Shown one piece after another: positions 55,715 to 64,000 of a stretch of DNA of 64,000 nucleotides (the stretch's first letter is position 1; every line of letters begins with the position of its first letter). The notes beneath the pieces were generated by a model that searched no databases, had not been told where the DNA came from, and saw only the letters and a list, made by a program, of their open reading frames with translations. The DNA lies in contig JBGAIQ010000017.1 of the NCBI GenBank assembly GCA_044225365.1, forward strand, positions 32,001-96,000. Reading direction: 5' to 3'. Origin of the DNA: Planctomycetota bacterium. GTDB taxonomy: Bacteria > Planctomycetota > B15-G4 > JADJEK01. The position numbers and the translations under genes were made by a program.

Positions 55715-58700
55715 TCAATCCACGTAGAGGAACTCGGAACTCGAGAGCAATGCCTGGCACAGCCCGACGAGAGCGTCGTGATCACGATCTTTCGAATCCT
55801 TCAGGCTGCTCTTCGCGTCCGCGAGGAACGCGACCGCGCGTTCGGTCTCGCTCGCCGTTGGAGCGCGGAGGTAGACACGGCGATAGGCCCGGTCGATCCG
55901 TGCGGCGTCGTCGTTCGGACTCTCTTTCGAGTCGGCCTCGATTCGCTTCGCGAGCGCCTCCCCCTGTTCGATCGCGAATGGGCTGTTCAGGAGCCACAGG
56001 GACTGAGTGGCGACGGTCGATTCGTTGCGACCGTCGGCCGATGTGGCGGCGTCGGGGACGTCGAACGTCGTCAGGAATTCGAAACGGATGTTGCGCAGGA
56101 CGGGCAGGTACAGCGTGCGCCGCAATCCTCCGAACTGCGCCTTGTCGGAGCCCGAGGAGTCGCCGCCCACGTACTCGCGATCCTTCGTCGTGAGCAGGGA
56201 ACCGCCCATCGTGAGGTCGAGTGTTCCGCTCGTCGCGAGCATCGCATCGCGCAGCTCTTCCGCCTCGAGTCGGCGTCGCGGGAAACGCGAGAGCAGCCGA
56301 TCATCGGGATCGCGCTCGAGTGCGGCGGCGGTCGCTCCGCCGCTCATGCGGTAGGTGCCAGAGAGCACGATCTTGCGGTGCAGGGCCTTCAATGAGAAGT
56401 GATTCGCGATGAAGTAGGTTGCGAGATGATCGAGCAGCTCGGGATGGGTGGGCTTCTCGCCGCGAACGCCGAAGTTCGATGCCGTCGCTACGAGGCCCCG
56501 GCCGAAGTGTCCTTGCCAGACCCGATTCACGATCACCCGCGCCGTGAGCGGGTTCGTCTCCGAGGTGAGCCAGGAAGCGAGTTCGAGTCGTCCGCTCGCG
56601 CCAGCCTCGATCGGCGGGAGCTTGTCGAGCGAATCGAAGACGGCGGGTGTCGCTCGAGGCACGACGTCCTTCTGCTTGTCCCGATGATTGCCGCGAACGA
56701 AGACGGGCAACTCGACGACCTTGTCGTCGCTCACGCCGATGCAGTGGTCGAGTTCGGGCGGCTTCCTCGCGTCGACGGCGGCGAGCTCCGTGCGGAGTTT
56801 CGCGAGGACGGCGATGTCGTCGGCCGCGAATCGCGATTCGTCGCCGAGCGCGGGATCGGGAATGGGCGAGAGCCATCCGGTCAGCGACTTGCGCACGGAT
56901 TCGAGCGCGGCGTCCTTCCCGCCGTCCTTGCCGGGAATGGCGCCCTTCGGGTCCTTCAGTTCGCAAAGAGCGTTCGCCAATTCCGGAGCCCGCGCGACGA
57001 CCGTCTCATCGGGGCGGCGTGCGAGCCACTCGGCGCAACTGCGCAGGATGCTGCGATCGAGATCGGGATCGAACGCGTCCGAGTCGGGCGGCCACGCCGA
57101 GGACTCCGAGAACACGGGATGGATCAGTAGCGTGTCGAGGTGCGGGAAATACTGCGAGCCCTTGGAGTCGCGCTCGAGACGGATTCGATGTCGACCCGCT
57201 GCGGCTTCGAACGAGCCCGCGGGCGCCCACTTCCGACTGTCGACGCCGAAACCGCCGGTCGCATCCTTCAGAACGTTTTCGCCAGCGAGCGTTCCGTCGA
57301 CGAGCACGCGGATCGGTCGCGCATCGCCGCAGGCGTAGCGGATCTCGATCGCGAACCGTTGCGCATCGCATAGATCGAGGTCGTATTCGGCGAAGCTCGT
57401 GCCGTCGCGATTGGTGTAGACGACTCCGACGTCGGCATTCCCGTGCGTCTCGTGATCGACGTGCAATGTGCTGTCCTGATAGTCCTCGGCCTCGATCAGA
57501 ACGGCGTCTTGCGCGTAGCGACGCACCGCCGCGAGGTAGCGGGGCAGTTGCCGGAGGAGTTCCGCGCGCCGAACGTTCTTCGCATGGTCGAGCGCCTTCA
57601 TGACGGCGTCGTTCGCCGCGTCGTGTTCTTTGCGCCAAGCGTCGCGGACGGCAATCTCGTCCTTCGTCCCGAGTTCGATCTCCCGCCAACGAGACAGGGC
57701 CTGCGGCGCCTCGAACGTACTCGTGCTCTTCAGGATGCCCGCGAGCGCGTAGTAGTCCTTCTGGGTGAACGGATCGAACTTGTGATCGTGGCACCGCGCG
57801 CAGGTGAACGAAACTCCGAGGATTCCCTTGGTGATGACGTCGATCTGCTCGTCGATCGTATCGGCATCGAGCTTCTCGCGGTCGGGCTCGGCGAGCATCT
57901 TCGGCCCGAGGCAGAGGAAGCCCGTCGCGATTTTCTGGCGGCGAAGGATGCGGCGTGTCGCTTCCTTGTCGGCCTTGCTCTGCGGAATGTCGGCGTGTGC
58001 ATCGGGGGAGTCGCATTCGGGCTCGGGCAGCAGGTCGCCCGCGATCTGCTCCGTGACGAATCGATCGTACGGCAGATCGTCGTTGAGAGCGTTCACGACG
58101 TAATCGCGATAACGCCACGCCTCGGCGATGGCCAGGTTCTCGTCGGAGCCGTTGCTGTCGGCGTAGCGCGCGACATCGAGCCAGAGGCGGCCCCAGCGTT
58201 CACCGTAGTGCGGGGACGCGAGGAGTCGATCGACCACCTTCTCGTAGGCGTCGTCCGAACGATCGCTGTCGAACTGAACGAGTTCGCTCTCCGTGGGTGG
58301 TAGCCCGATCAGATCGAACGTGACGCGGCGCAGCCACGTCCGCCGATCGCACTCCTTCGCGGGATCGAGTCGATTTCCAGTGAGCGCAGCGACGACGAAT
58401 CGATCGAGCGGGTCTCGGATCCACGCCGAGTTCGCTCCGTCCGCGAGCGAAGGAAGTGGTGGATCCGTGATGCGCTGGAATGCCCAATGCGTCGCTCGCG
58501 GTGAGTCGGACCCCGTTGGGCGATTCGTCGTGTCGGGCGCCTTCTCGCGGGGATCGGGCGCACCCATGGTGATCCACGTCTCGAGATCCTTGATCTGCGC
58601 GTCCTGCAGTTTGCCGCGCGGCGGCATCTGCACGTCGGGGAGCGCATAGCGGACCGCTTCGAAAAGGAGGCTCTTCGTGGCGTCGCCCGGAACGATCACG

Positions 58701-58924
58701 GGTCCCCGTTCGCCGCCCTGCTTCCAGCCGCTCGCGCTGTCGAGTGCGAGTCCGCCCTTGCGATGATCGGGCGCTTCGCGGTGACACTCGACGCAGTTCT
58801 CGACGAGAAGGGGCCGGATCCGTCGTTCGAAGAAGTCCTCGGGCTCCGTCTTCGCCCGCAGTTGCGCAGCGAGGAGGAGTGCGATGAAGAGCGTGGCGAG
58901 CCGTCGACGATGGAAGTCGTGCAC
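55715..58924 (-). CDS. Planctomycete cytochrome c / DUF1549 / DUF1553 protein with CBM-like insert
   Basis: CVECH and CARCHDHKFDP heme motifs, HWAF, YGERWGRLWLDVARYADSNG, IEAED insert, NPLTARVIVNRVW and PTHPELLD. Confidence 0.93.
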   Translation of the reverse strand: MHDFHRRRLATLFIALLLAAQLRAKTEPEDFFERRIRPLLVENCVECHREAPDHRKGGLALDSASGWKQGGERGPVIVPGDATKSLLFEAVRYALPDVQMPPRGKLQDAQIKDLETWITMGAPDPREKAPDTTNRPTGSDSPRATHWAFQRITDPPLPSLADGANSAWIRDPLDRFVVAALTGNRLDPAKECDRRTWLRRVTFDLIGLPPTESELVQFDSDRSDDAYEKVVDRLLASPHYGERWGRLWLDVARYADSNGSDENLAIAEAWRYRDYVVNALNDDLPYDRFVTEQIAGDLLPEPECDSPDAHADIPQSKADKEATRRILRRQKIATGFLCLGPKMLAEPDREKLDADTIDEQIDVITKGILGVSFTCARCHDHKFDPFTQKDYYALAGILKSTSTFEAPQALSRWREIELGTKDEIAVRDAWRKEHDAANDAVMKALDHAKNVRRAELLRQLPRYLAAVRRYAQDAVLIEAEDYQDSTLHVDHETHGNADVGVVYTNRDGTSFAEYDLDLCDAQRFAIEIRYACGDARPIRVLVDGTLAGENVLKDATGGFGVDSRKWAPAGSFEAAAGRHRIRLERDSKGSQYFPHLDTLLIHPVFSESSAWPPDSDAFDPDLDRSILRSCAEWLARRPDETVVARAPELANALCELKDPKGAIPGKDGGKDAALESVRKSLTGWLSPIPDPALGDESRFAADDIAVLAKLRTELAAVDARKPPELDHCIGVSDDKVVELPVFVRGNHRDKQKDVVPRATPAVFDSLDKLPPIEAGASGRLELASWLTSETNPLTARVIVNRVWQGHFGRGLVATASNFGVRGEKPTHPELLDHLATYFIANHFSLKALHRKIVLSGTYRMSGGATAAALERDPDDRLLSRFPRRRLEAEELRDAMLATSGTLDLTMGGSLLTTKDREYVGGDSSGSDKAQFGGLRRTLYLPVLRNIRFEFLTTFDVPDAATSADGRNESTVATQSLWLLNSPFAIEQGEALAKRIEADSKESPNDDAARIDRAYRRVYLRAPTASETERAVAFLADAKSSLKDSKDRDHDALVGLCQALLSSSEFLYVD

Positions 58925-59031
58925 GCGAATCCTCGAGAGAGGACGACGGCGTACAGGGTATTCCTTCGGCGGCCGGCGAACAACGATCGTTTCGGGCTGT
59001 TACGAAGGGTTACGCGATGCCGGGGATCCAA

Positions 59032-59107
59032 ACGACCGTTCACGATTCCGCATGGCCTGCGGCCGGCTGCGGAGCGCGGGGGCTTCGTCGAACCTCCTCT
59101 CCGACTC
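59032..59107. repeat. Partial, inverted second copy of the 39596-39755 element
   Basis: Hand alignment to the reverse complement of 39680-39755 gives 61/76 identical, ungapped. Confidence 0.8.
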
Positions 59108-59116
59108 ACCTCTCGC

Positions 59117-60940
59117 TCATCGGACGCGCTTGCCTTCGAACGCGCTGTCGGGCTGGAAGATCCTCACCGAAACGACCTCGCCCGCAGCATCGAGTACGAA
59201 CTGGACCCTGAAGCCCTTGTGCGATGCGAGGGAGAACGTGTTGTGCATCGAGGGCTCGAGGTCGATCGAGGGCTCACCTGAGAACGTGAGGCGGAGCGTG
59301 CTGCTGACGAGTTCCACCGTGGCTTCCTTCTCCGGCAACGCGTACCTGCCGACGAATCGCGCGAGATAGCCGGGATCCTTCAATCGCGAGTCGGGCAAGC
59401 GCGCGAATTCGACGGGGTCGACCGCGGGTTCCATCTGCGCGCGCAACGCGGAGACCTCCCCCGAGAGATCGGTGACGAACTGCAATTCGAGCCCGTCGAA
59501 CGGGGAGTCCTTCTTCTTGCCGGAGAACACGTCGTAGTGCCAGTGCTCGAGCGGAAGGGATTCGGTACCGAACGTGAGTGCGAGACCGGAGTCGCTGCGC
59601 GAGATCTCGATCCGACCGTAGCCGGGGTGCTCGTATGCGCCCGCGAATTCATCGAGCGCATGCGACGGATTCGTGCCCTTCTTGCGGGCGAGTTCGCGAT
59701 TCCCCGCGGATTCCTTGGCGAGCTTCTTCGCGGTCTCGCGCTTCGTCACGTATCCGGCGATGCGATCCTTGGCCGGGGAGACTCCGGGTAGCAATCGATC
59801 GAGCGCGAGTCGGACCAGCAATTCGGGCAGGTCGTTCACGTTCTTGTTCGTGAGCACGGCGATGCCGATCCGTTCTTGCGGCACCATGAGGACGAGCGCG
59901 GAGAAACCATCGATGTGGCCGCCGTGATGGATGCGGCGGTAGCCGTGGTACTCGTCGTGGAACCACCCGAGTGAGTAGCCGACCATGCGCGCTTCGTCGG
60001 TCGTTCCGCCGAGCGCTCCGTCGTCGGTCATGATCATTCGCGGCGTGTGCAGATCGTCGAGAGTTCCCTTCGCGATGAAGTGCTTGCCGTCGAGATCCCC
60101 GTTCGACAGGTGGAGTCGCAGCCAGCTCGCGAGATCGTCGACGCACGAGTTGATCGAGCCGGCCGGGCCGACGTGCGTGATGTTGCGAAACGGGATCGCG
60201 GTGACCTTGTCGTCGCGGTCGTCGTAGGGCTTTGCGAAATCGGCGTCCTTCTGCGATTCCTCGACCGAGAAGTTCGAACGCTTCATCCCGAGCGGAACGA
60301 AGATCCGCTCGCGGACGAGGTCCTCCCAGCTCTTGCCCGTGATCTTCTCTTCGAGGTAGCCCGCGGTCAGGAACATCAGGTTGTTGTATTGGAAGTCGGT
60401 GCGGAAATCCCGCGACTCGGGAAGGAAGCGAATGCGCGCGACCATCTCGGCGCGGGAGAGATTCGGTTGCGCGTACCAAAGGGCATCGTGCCGCGGCAGG
60501 CCAGAGCGATGCGTCACGAGATCGCGCGGCGTGATGCGGTCGGTGGCGATGGGATCGTGGAGACGGAATTCGGGGAGCCACGTCGTCACGGGCTTGTCGA
60601 GGTCGAGTCTTCCCTCATCGACCAGCGTGCCGAGCACGAAGGTCGTGAACGCCTTCGTCGACGAACCGATCCCGAAGAGCGTTCGCGGCGTGACCGGGAG
60701 ATCGCGCTCGACGTCGCGCTGACCGACGCCCGCCGAGAAGACGACTTCGCCGTCCTTGACCACCGCGATGGCGGCGCCCGGAACTTCGAGCGCCTTGCGG
60801 GCTTGGTCGGCGATGGTCGCGAAGTCCGCGAGCTTCGTTCGCGCATCCGCGGCGGTGCGGGGTGCTTCTTGCTGCGCGGTCGCGCAGCCGGTCGACCAGA
60901 GCAGAGCGATCGACACGAAGGCGCCAAAGGCGAGAGTCAT
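59117..60940 (-). CDS. Serine hydrolase, beta-lactamase class C/PBP-like, with DUF3471-like domain
   Basis: SSTK (SxxK), YNN and HGG motifs, C-terminal FAGAYEHPGYG, and an N-terminal signal/lipobox STGC. Confidence 0.9.
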   Translation of the reverse strand: MTLAFGAFVSIALLWSTGCATAQQEAPRTAADARTKLADFATIADQARKALEVPGAAIAVVKDGEVVFSAGVGQRDVERDLPVTPRTLFGIGSSTKAFTTFVLGTLVDEGRLDLDKPVTTWLPEFRLHDPIATDRITPRDLVTHRSGLPRHDALWYAQPNLSRAEMVARIRFLPESRDFRTDFQYNNLMFLTAGYLEEKITGKSWEDLVRERIFVPLGMKRSNFSVEESQKDADFAKPYDDRDDKVTAIPFRNITHVGPAGSINSCVDDLASWLRLHLSNGDLDGKHFIAKGTLDDLHTPRMIMTDDGALGGTTDEARMVGYSLGWFHDEYHGYRRIHHGGHIDGFSALVLMVPQERIGIAVLTNKNVNDLPELLVRLALDRLLPGVSPAKDRIAGYVTKRETAKKLAKESAGNRELARKKGTNPSHALDEFAGAYEHPGYGRIEISRSDSGLALTFGTESLPLEHWHYDVFSGKKKDSPFDGLELQFVTDLSGEVSALRAQMEPAVDPVEFARLPDSRLKDPGYLARFVGRYALPEKEATVELVSSTLRLTFSGEPSIDLEPSMHNTFSLASHKGFRVQFVLDAAGEVVSVRIFQPDSAFEGKRVR

Positions 60941-60999
60941 GATTCACCGGGGGAGATGTGTGGAATGCACGGCCGCCGCTCGCACCGCGGCGGAACGGA

Positions 61000-62643
61000 T
61001 CAGGGCAACAGATTCGCGAGCACCGCGTTCGACAGGTCGTAGCGATAGCCGGGGACGGAGAGCCCGGTCGTGGCGCATTGCAGCGAGAACGCGAGAGGGC
61101 CGGCTCCACCGGGGATCGATGCGACGAACGTCCCGTCGTTGTTCGTCGTGATCGGCAGCACGAGCGCGAGCGGAAGCGTGACGAGTTCGCCAGCGAGTAC
61201 CGGGACGAACGTGGGCTGGACGCCAAGTCCGATGAAGAGGAAGCCCGGTGCGTTCTTCGGAGCGTGGATGAGGGAGAGCTGCGCGTTCGTTCCGCTGGAC
61301 AAGTCGCTGCCGCTGATCACCAGCATCGAAGCCCCGTGACGGTGGCCGAGATCCGGCTGATAGGGCGGCGCGAAACCGCGGCTGAAGATCTGCCAGTTCA
61401 GGAACGAAGGACCGTCGAAGTTCGACGCTCCGCTCACGAACGCGACCTCCGTACCGTCGAAGTTCAGCGCGTTCTGGTAGCTGACGTTGTTGCCTTGAAC
61501 ACCCGTCGTCGACTGACTCACGAGCCAGTTGATGCCGAGTTCGAGATCGCGCTCGATGACGTCTTCCGTGCCGTTGACGTCGCCCGGGACGGCGTGGGGG
61601 TCGGTCGTCGCGAACGTGATGTAGCGACCGTCGCCGCTGAGGTTCGGCACTTCGCCATCGGTCAATTCGGAGCCATCGCTCGCGACATCCTCACGCGTCA
61701 CGAAACCGAGAGAACTTCGCCACACGAAGACGTCGGGAGCGCCGTTGGTGTCGTTCGGCACGAGATTGCTCGAGGCGCTCGAGAATGCGATCACGGTGCC
61801 GTTCGCCGACATCCGAATCTCGTTGCAGGGTGAGTTCGATGGAACGCCTTGGGCGCTGCGGCTCACGAGCGACGTCGTGTGGAGTTGGCGATCTCGGTAA
61901 TACACGTTCTGCGATGCGGGCGAGGTCGGAGCACCGAGGTTCTGAGCCCAGCTCGAGAACGCGAGGAACCGCCCGTCCGCAGAGATCGCGGGCTCGCGGC
62001 TGTCCGAATCGCCCTGGACTCCCGCGGTATCGACGCTCTCCAATGTGACAATGCCGAGCACTCGATCGAACACGAAGACATCGGGCGCGGAATTCACATC
62101 GCCCGCGACGAAGTTCGTCGCGTCGCTCTCGAAAGCGATGTAGCGGCCGTCGGCGGAGATCGCGGGATGGCGACTGTTGCCATTGCTCTCCACAGCGCCG
62201 GGAGGATGGCTCACGATCGAAGTCTGCCCGGTCACGAGGTCGCGTAGGTAGATGTCGGAGAAGCCGTTCGTGTCGTTGCCGGCTCCGACGAGATTGCTCG
62301 CGATCGATTCGAAAGCGACGAAGCGTCCATCGGCGGAGAGGCACAGCGAGAAGGAGTCGTCGTTGGACGCCTGATTCGCGCTGGTCAGGCTCGCGCAGCG
62401 CATCTTTCCGTTCTGACGATCGAGCAGGAAGATGTCGGCGCGTGAGTTGGGATCGTGCGGCACGAGATTCGTCGCGTTGCTCCAGAACGCGACGTAGCGA
62501 CCGTCGGCGGAGATCGCCGGAGTGAGGCTGTTGCCATTCGCGACGGCGCCACCGACGGCGACGCTGACCTTCTTCGTCTCTTGAGCCGAAGCGATCGCGC
62601 AAAGGGACAGCGCGACCGCGGCGAAGCGTGAGGTCGAAGTCAC
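61000..62643 (-). CDS. Secreted TolB-like/PD40 beta-propeller protein with shared C-terminal domain
   Basis: Signal peptide, repeated PAISADGRY/FVAF.S.A.NLV..DTNG..D units, and C-terminal DLGH...LSNAVLANLLP. Confidence 0.85.
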   Translation of the reverse strand: MTSTSRFAAVALSLCAIASAQETKKVSVAVGGAVANGNSLTPAISADGRYVAFWSNATNLVPHDPNSRADIFLLDRQNGKMRCASLTSANQASNDDSFSLCLSADGRFVAFESIASNLVGAGNDTNGFSDIYLRDLVTGQTSIVSHPPGAVESNGNSRHPAISADGRYIAFESDATNFVAGDVNSAPDVFVFDRVLGIVTLESVDTAGVQGDSDSREPAISADGRFLAFSSWAQNLGAPTSPASQNVYYRDRQLHTTSLVSRSAQGVPSNSPCNEIRMSANGTVIAFSSASSNLVPNDTNGAPDVFVWRSSLGFVTREDVASDGSELTDGEVPNLSGDGRYITFATTDPHAVPGDVNGTEDVIERDLELGINWLVSQSTTGVQGNNVSYQNALNFDGTEVAFVSGASNFDGPSFLNWQIFSRGFAPPYQPDLGHRHGASMLVISGSDLSSGTNAQLSLIHAPKNAPGFLFIGLGVQPTFVPVLAGELVTLPLALVLPITTNNDGTFVASIPGGAGPLAFSLQCATTGLSVPGYRYDLSNAVLANLLP

Positions 62644-62768
62644 TGGAAGCTCCCGTCGAAAGCAGCGATGCGATTCCGTGCCGGTCCGTGCGCCGCATCG
62701 TAATCGATGCACGGCTCAAAGGGTCATCTCGGCGTCATCGCGATCGAAGTTCGACTTCGAGTCGGCGA

Positions 62769-64000
62769 CTACTTGTGTCGATCCGGCCCGGCCGGGACCG
62801 GCGGCTTCTTCGTCGGGCCGCGCTTCTCGAGTTCGCCGAGGAGGTACTCGACGGCCTTCTCGATCGTGGGCTCGCGTTCGAGGCGGATGAGCGCGGGGTC
62901 GTCGAACACATCGACGTCGGGCGCTACGCCGACGCCTTCGACATCCCACTGCCCTTCGGTATTGACGAACGCGAAGGCGGGCACGGCGAGACCGCCGCCG
63001 TCGACGAAGCGCGGCGAGCCGGAGTACCCGACGAGACCACCCCAGGTCTTCTTGCCGAACAGCGGGCCAAGCCCAAGCTTTCGGAAGAAGAACGGGAACG
63101 CGTCGCCGCCGGACGACGAGTAACCGTTGATGAGCATCGCCATCGGACCCGCAAAGGCGAATTGCGGCGTCGGATAGAGCTCGGTGCCGCGGCGCACCCA
63201 GTAGTTGTACGGCTTGTTCGCGATGAGCTGTGCCATCCGGTCGGGAATGAACCCGCCGCCGTTGTAGCGGTCGTCGATGATCATCGCTTCCTTCACCGCG
63301 GCCTGCGGGCGGAAGTCCTCGAAGAGACGATGGTGACCCTCGACGGCCGTGTTCGGGGCATGGACGTAGCCGATCCGGCCATGCGACAGGCGATCGACGA
63401 GCGCCATGTTGCGCTTCACCCAGTCGCGATATCGCAGTTCCTGTTCGCTGTCGATCGGCTTGACGTGGACGATGCGCGCGTTCTCGGCCGTCGGCTTGTC
63501 GTTCAGTGTGAGCGCGACGAATCGGCCCGTCTTGTTCTCGAGCAGTCGATAGGGATTGTCCTTCGTCGTCAGGTCCGCTCCGTCGATCGCGAGCAGGTAG
63601 TCGCCTTCGTTCGCGTCGATGCCGGGTTCGGTCAGGGGCGAGCGCGTCGACTCGTCCCAGTTGTCACCGTCGTAGATCCGCCCGATGCGGTAGCGATCGC
63701 CATCCTTCGTGAACGTACAGCCGAGCAATCCGACCGGCGTGCGCGGAACGGCGGGGGTCTCGCCGCGCTCCACGTAGGAGTGGCCGACGTTCAATTCACC
63801 GATCATCTCGCCGAGGAGGTAGTCGAGGTCGACGCGATTCGCGACGTTTGCGACCAGCGGGTCGTACTTGTCGCGCATCGCCTTCCAATCGACTTTGTGC
63901 ATGCCCGGGTCGTAGAACCAGTCGCGCATGATGCGCCAGGCATCCTTGTAGATCTGCGCCCATTCCTTCTGGCGATCGATCTTCAGCTTCACGCCATCCT
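62769..64000 (-). CDS. Tricorn-like S41 protease (5' end outside window)
   Basis: ELNVGHSY, PDZ segment, DDRYNGGG, SSSGGD catalytic Ser, TWGG and EGVGVAPD. Confidence 0.9.
   Translation of the reverse strand, partial: DGVKLKIDRQKEWAQIYKDAWRIMRDWFYDPGMHKVDWKAMRDKYDPLVANVANRVDLDYLLGEMIGELNVGHSYVERGETPAVPRTPVGLLGCTFTKDGDRYRIGRIYDGDNWDESTRSPLTEPGIDANEGDYLLAIDGADLTTKDNPYRLLENKTGRFVALTLNDKPTAENARIVHVKPIDSEQELRYRDWVKRNMALVDRLSHGRIGYVHAPNTAVEGHHRLFEDFRPQAAVKEAMIIDDRYNGGGFIPDRMAQLIANKPYNYWVRRGTELYPTPQFAFAGPMAMLINGYSSSGGDAFPFFFRKLGLGPLFGKKTWGGLVGYSGSPRFVDGGGLAVPAFAFVNTEGQWDVEGVGVAPDVDVFDDPALIRLEREPTIEKAVEYLLGELEKRGPTKKPPVPAGPDRHK

Noticed and set aside
59117-60940. Antibiotic-resistance beta-lactamase
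   Set aside because: The HGG triad and DUF3471-like extension indicate the broad serine hydrolase/peptidase group. Resistance cannot be inferred.
1-64000. Numerous Arg-rich alternative-frame ORFs in the ORF track
   Set aside because: They are shadow ORFs overlapping well-supported genes and carry no motifs, as expected at high GC.

Overview
This high-GC bacterial window most likely comes from a Planctomycetota genome, judging by the DUF1501 plus planctomycete cytochrome c/DUF1549/DUF1553 gene pair and the many large secreted proteins. It holds about 45 protein-coding genes. I found no rRNA, tRNA, CRISPR array, transposase or phage genes. Recognisable genes include two reprolysin-like M12B metalloproteases, two TRL-like lipoproteins, a YafY-type HTH-WYL regulator with a DUF1579 gene divergent from an AddAB-type helicase-nuclease, and a GCS2 ligase-CBS fusion. 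Further along are an Hpt plus HDOD-REC-GGDEF pair, a flippase with three GT4 glycosyltransferases, DAHP synthase, speA, a class II photolyase-ybgA-truB operon, an MscK-like channel, a sulfatase-fold protein, a beta-lactamase-family hydrolase and a partial tricorn protease. Five observations stand out. (1) Four secreted proteins with three different passenger types end in a similar ~110-125 aa C-terminal domain, a candidate sorting or surface-attachment signal. (2) An exported thioredoxin-fold selenoprotein (WUGPC with a SECIS-like hairpin) is split in two by the ORF track. (3) A WYL-type operator and a PafBC-like promoter lie between the WYL operon and addAB. (4) A 160-bp MITE-like fold-back element has a second, partial copy 19 kb away. 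(5) A candidate ~150-nt structured ncRNA, possibly 6S-like, sits behind a -10 box. All calls come from reading the sequence by eye; no database searches were run.
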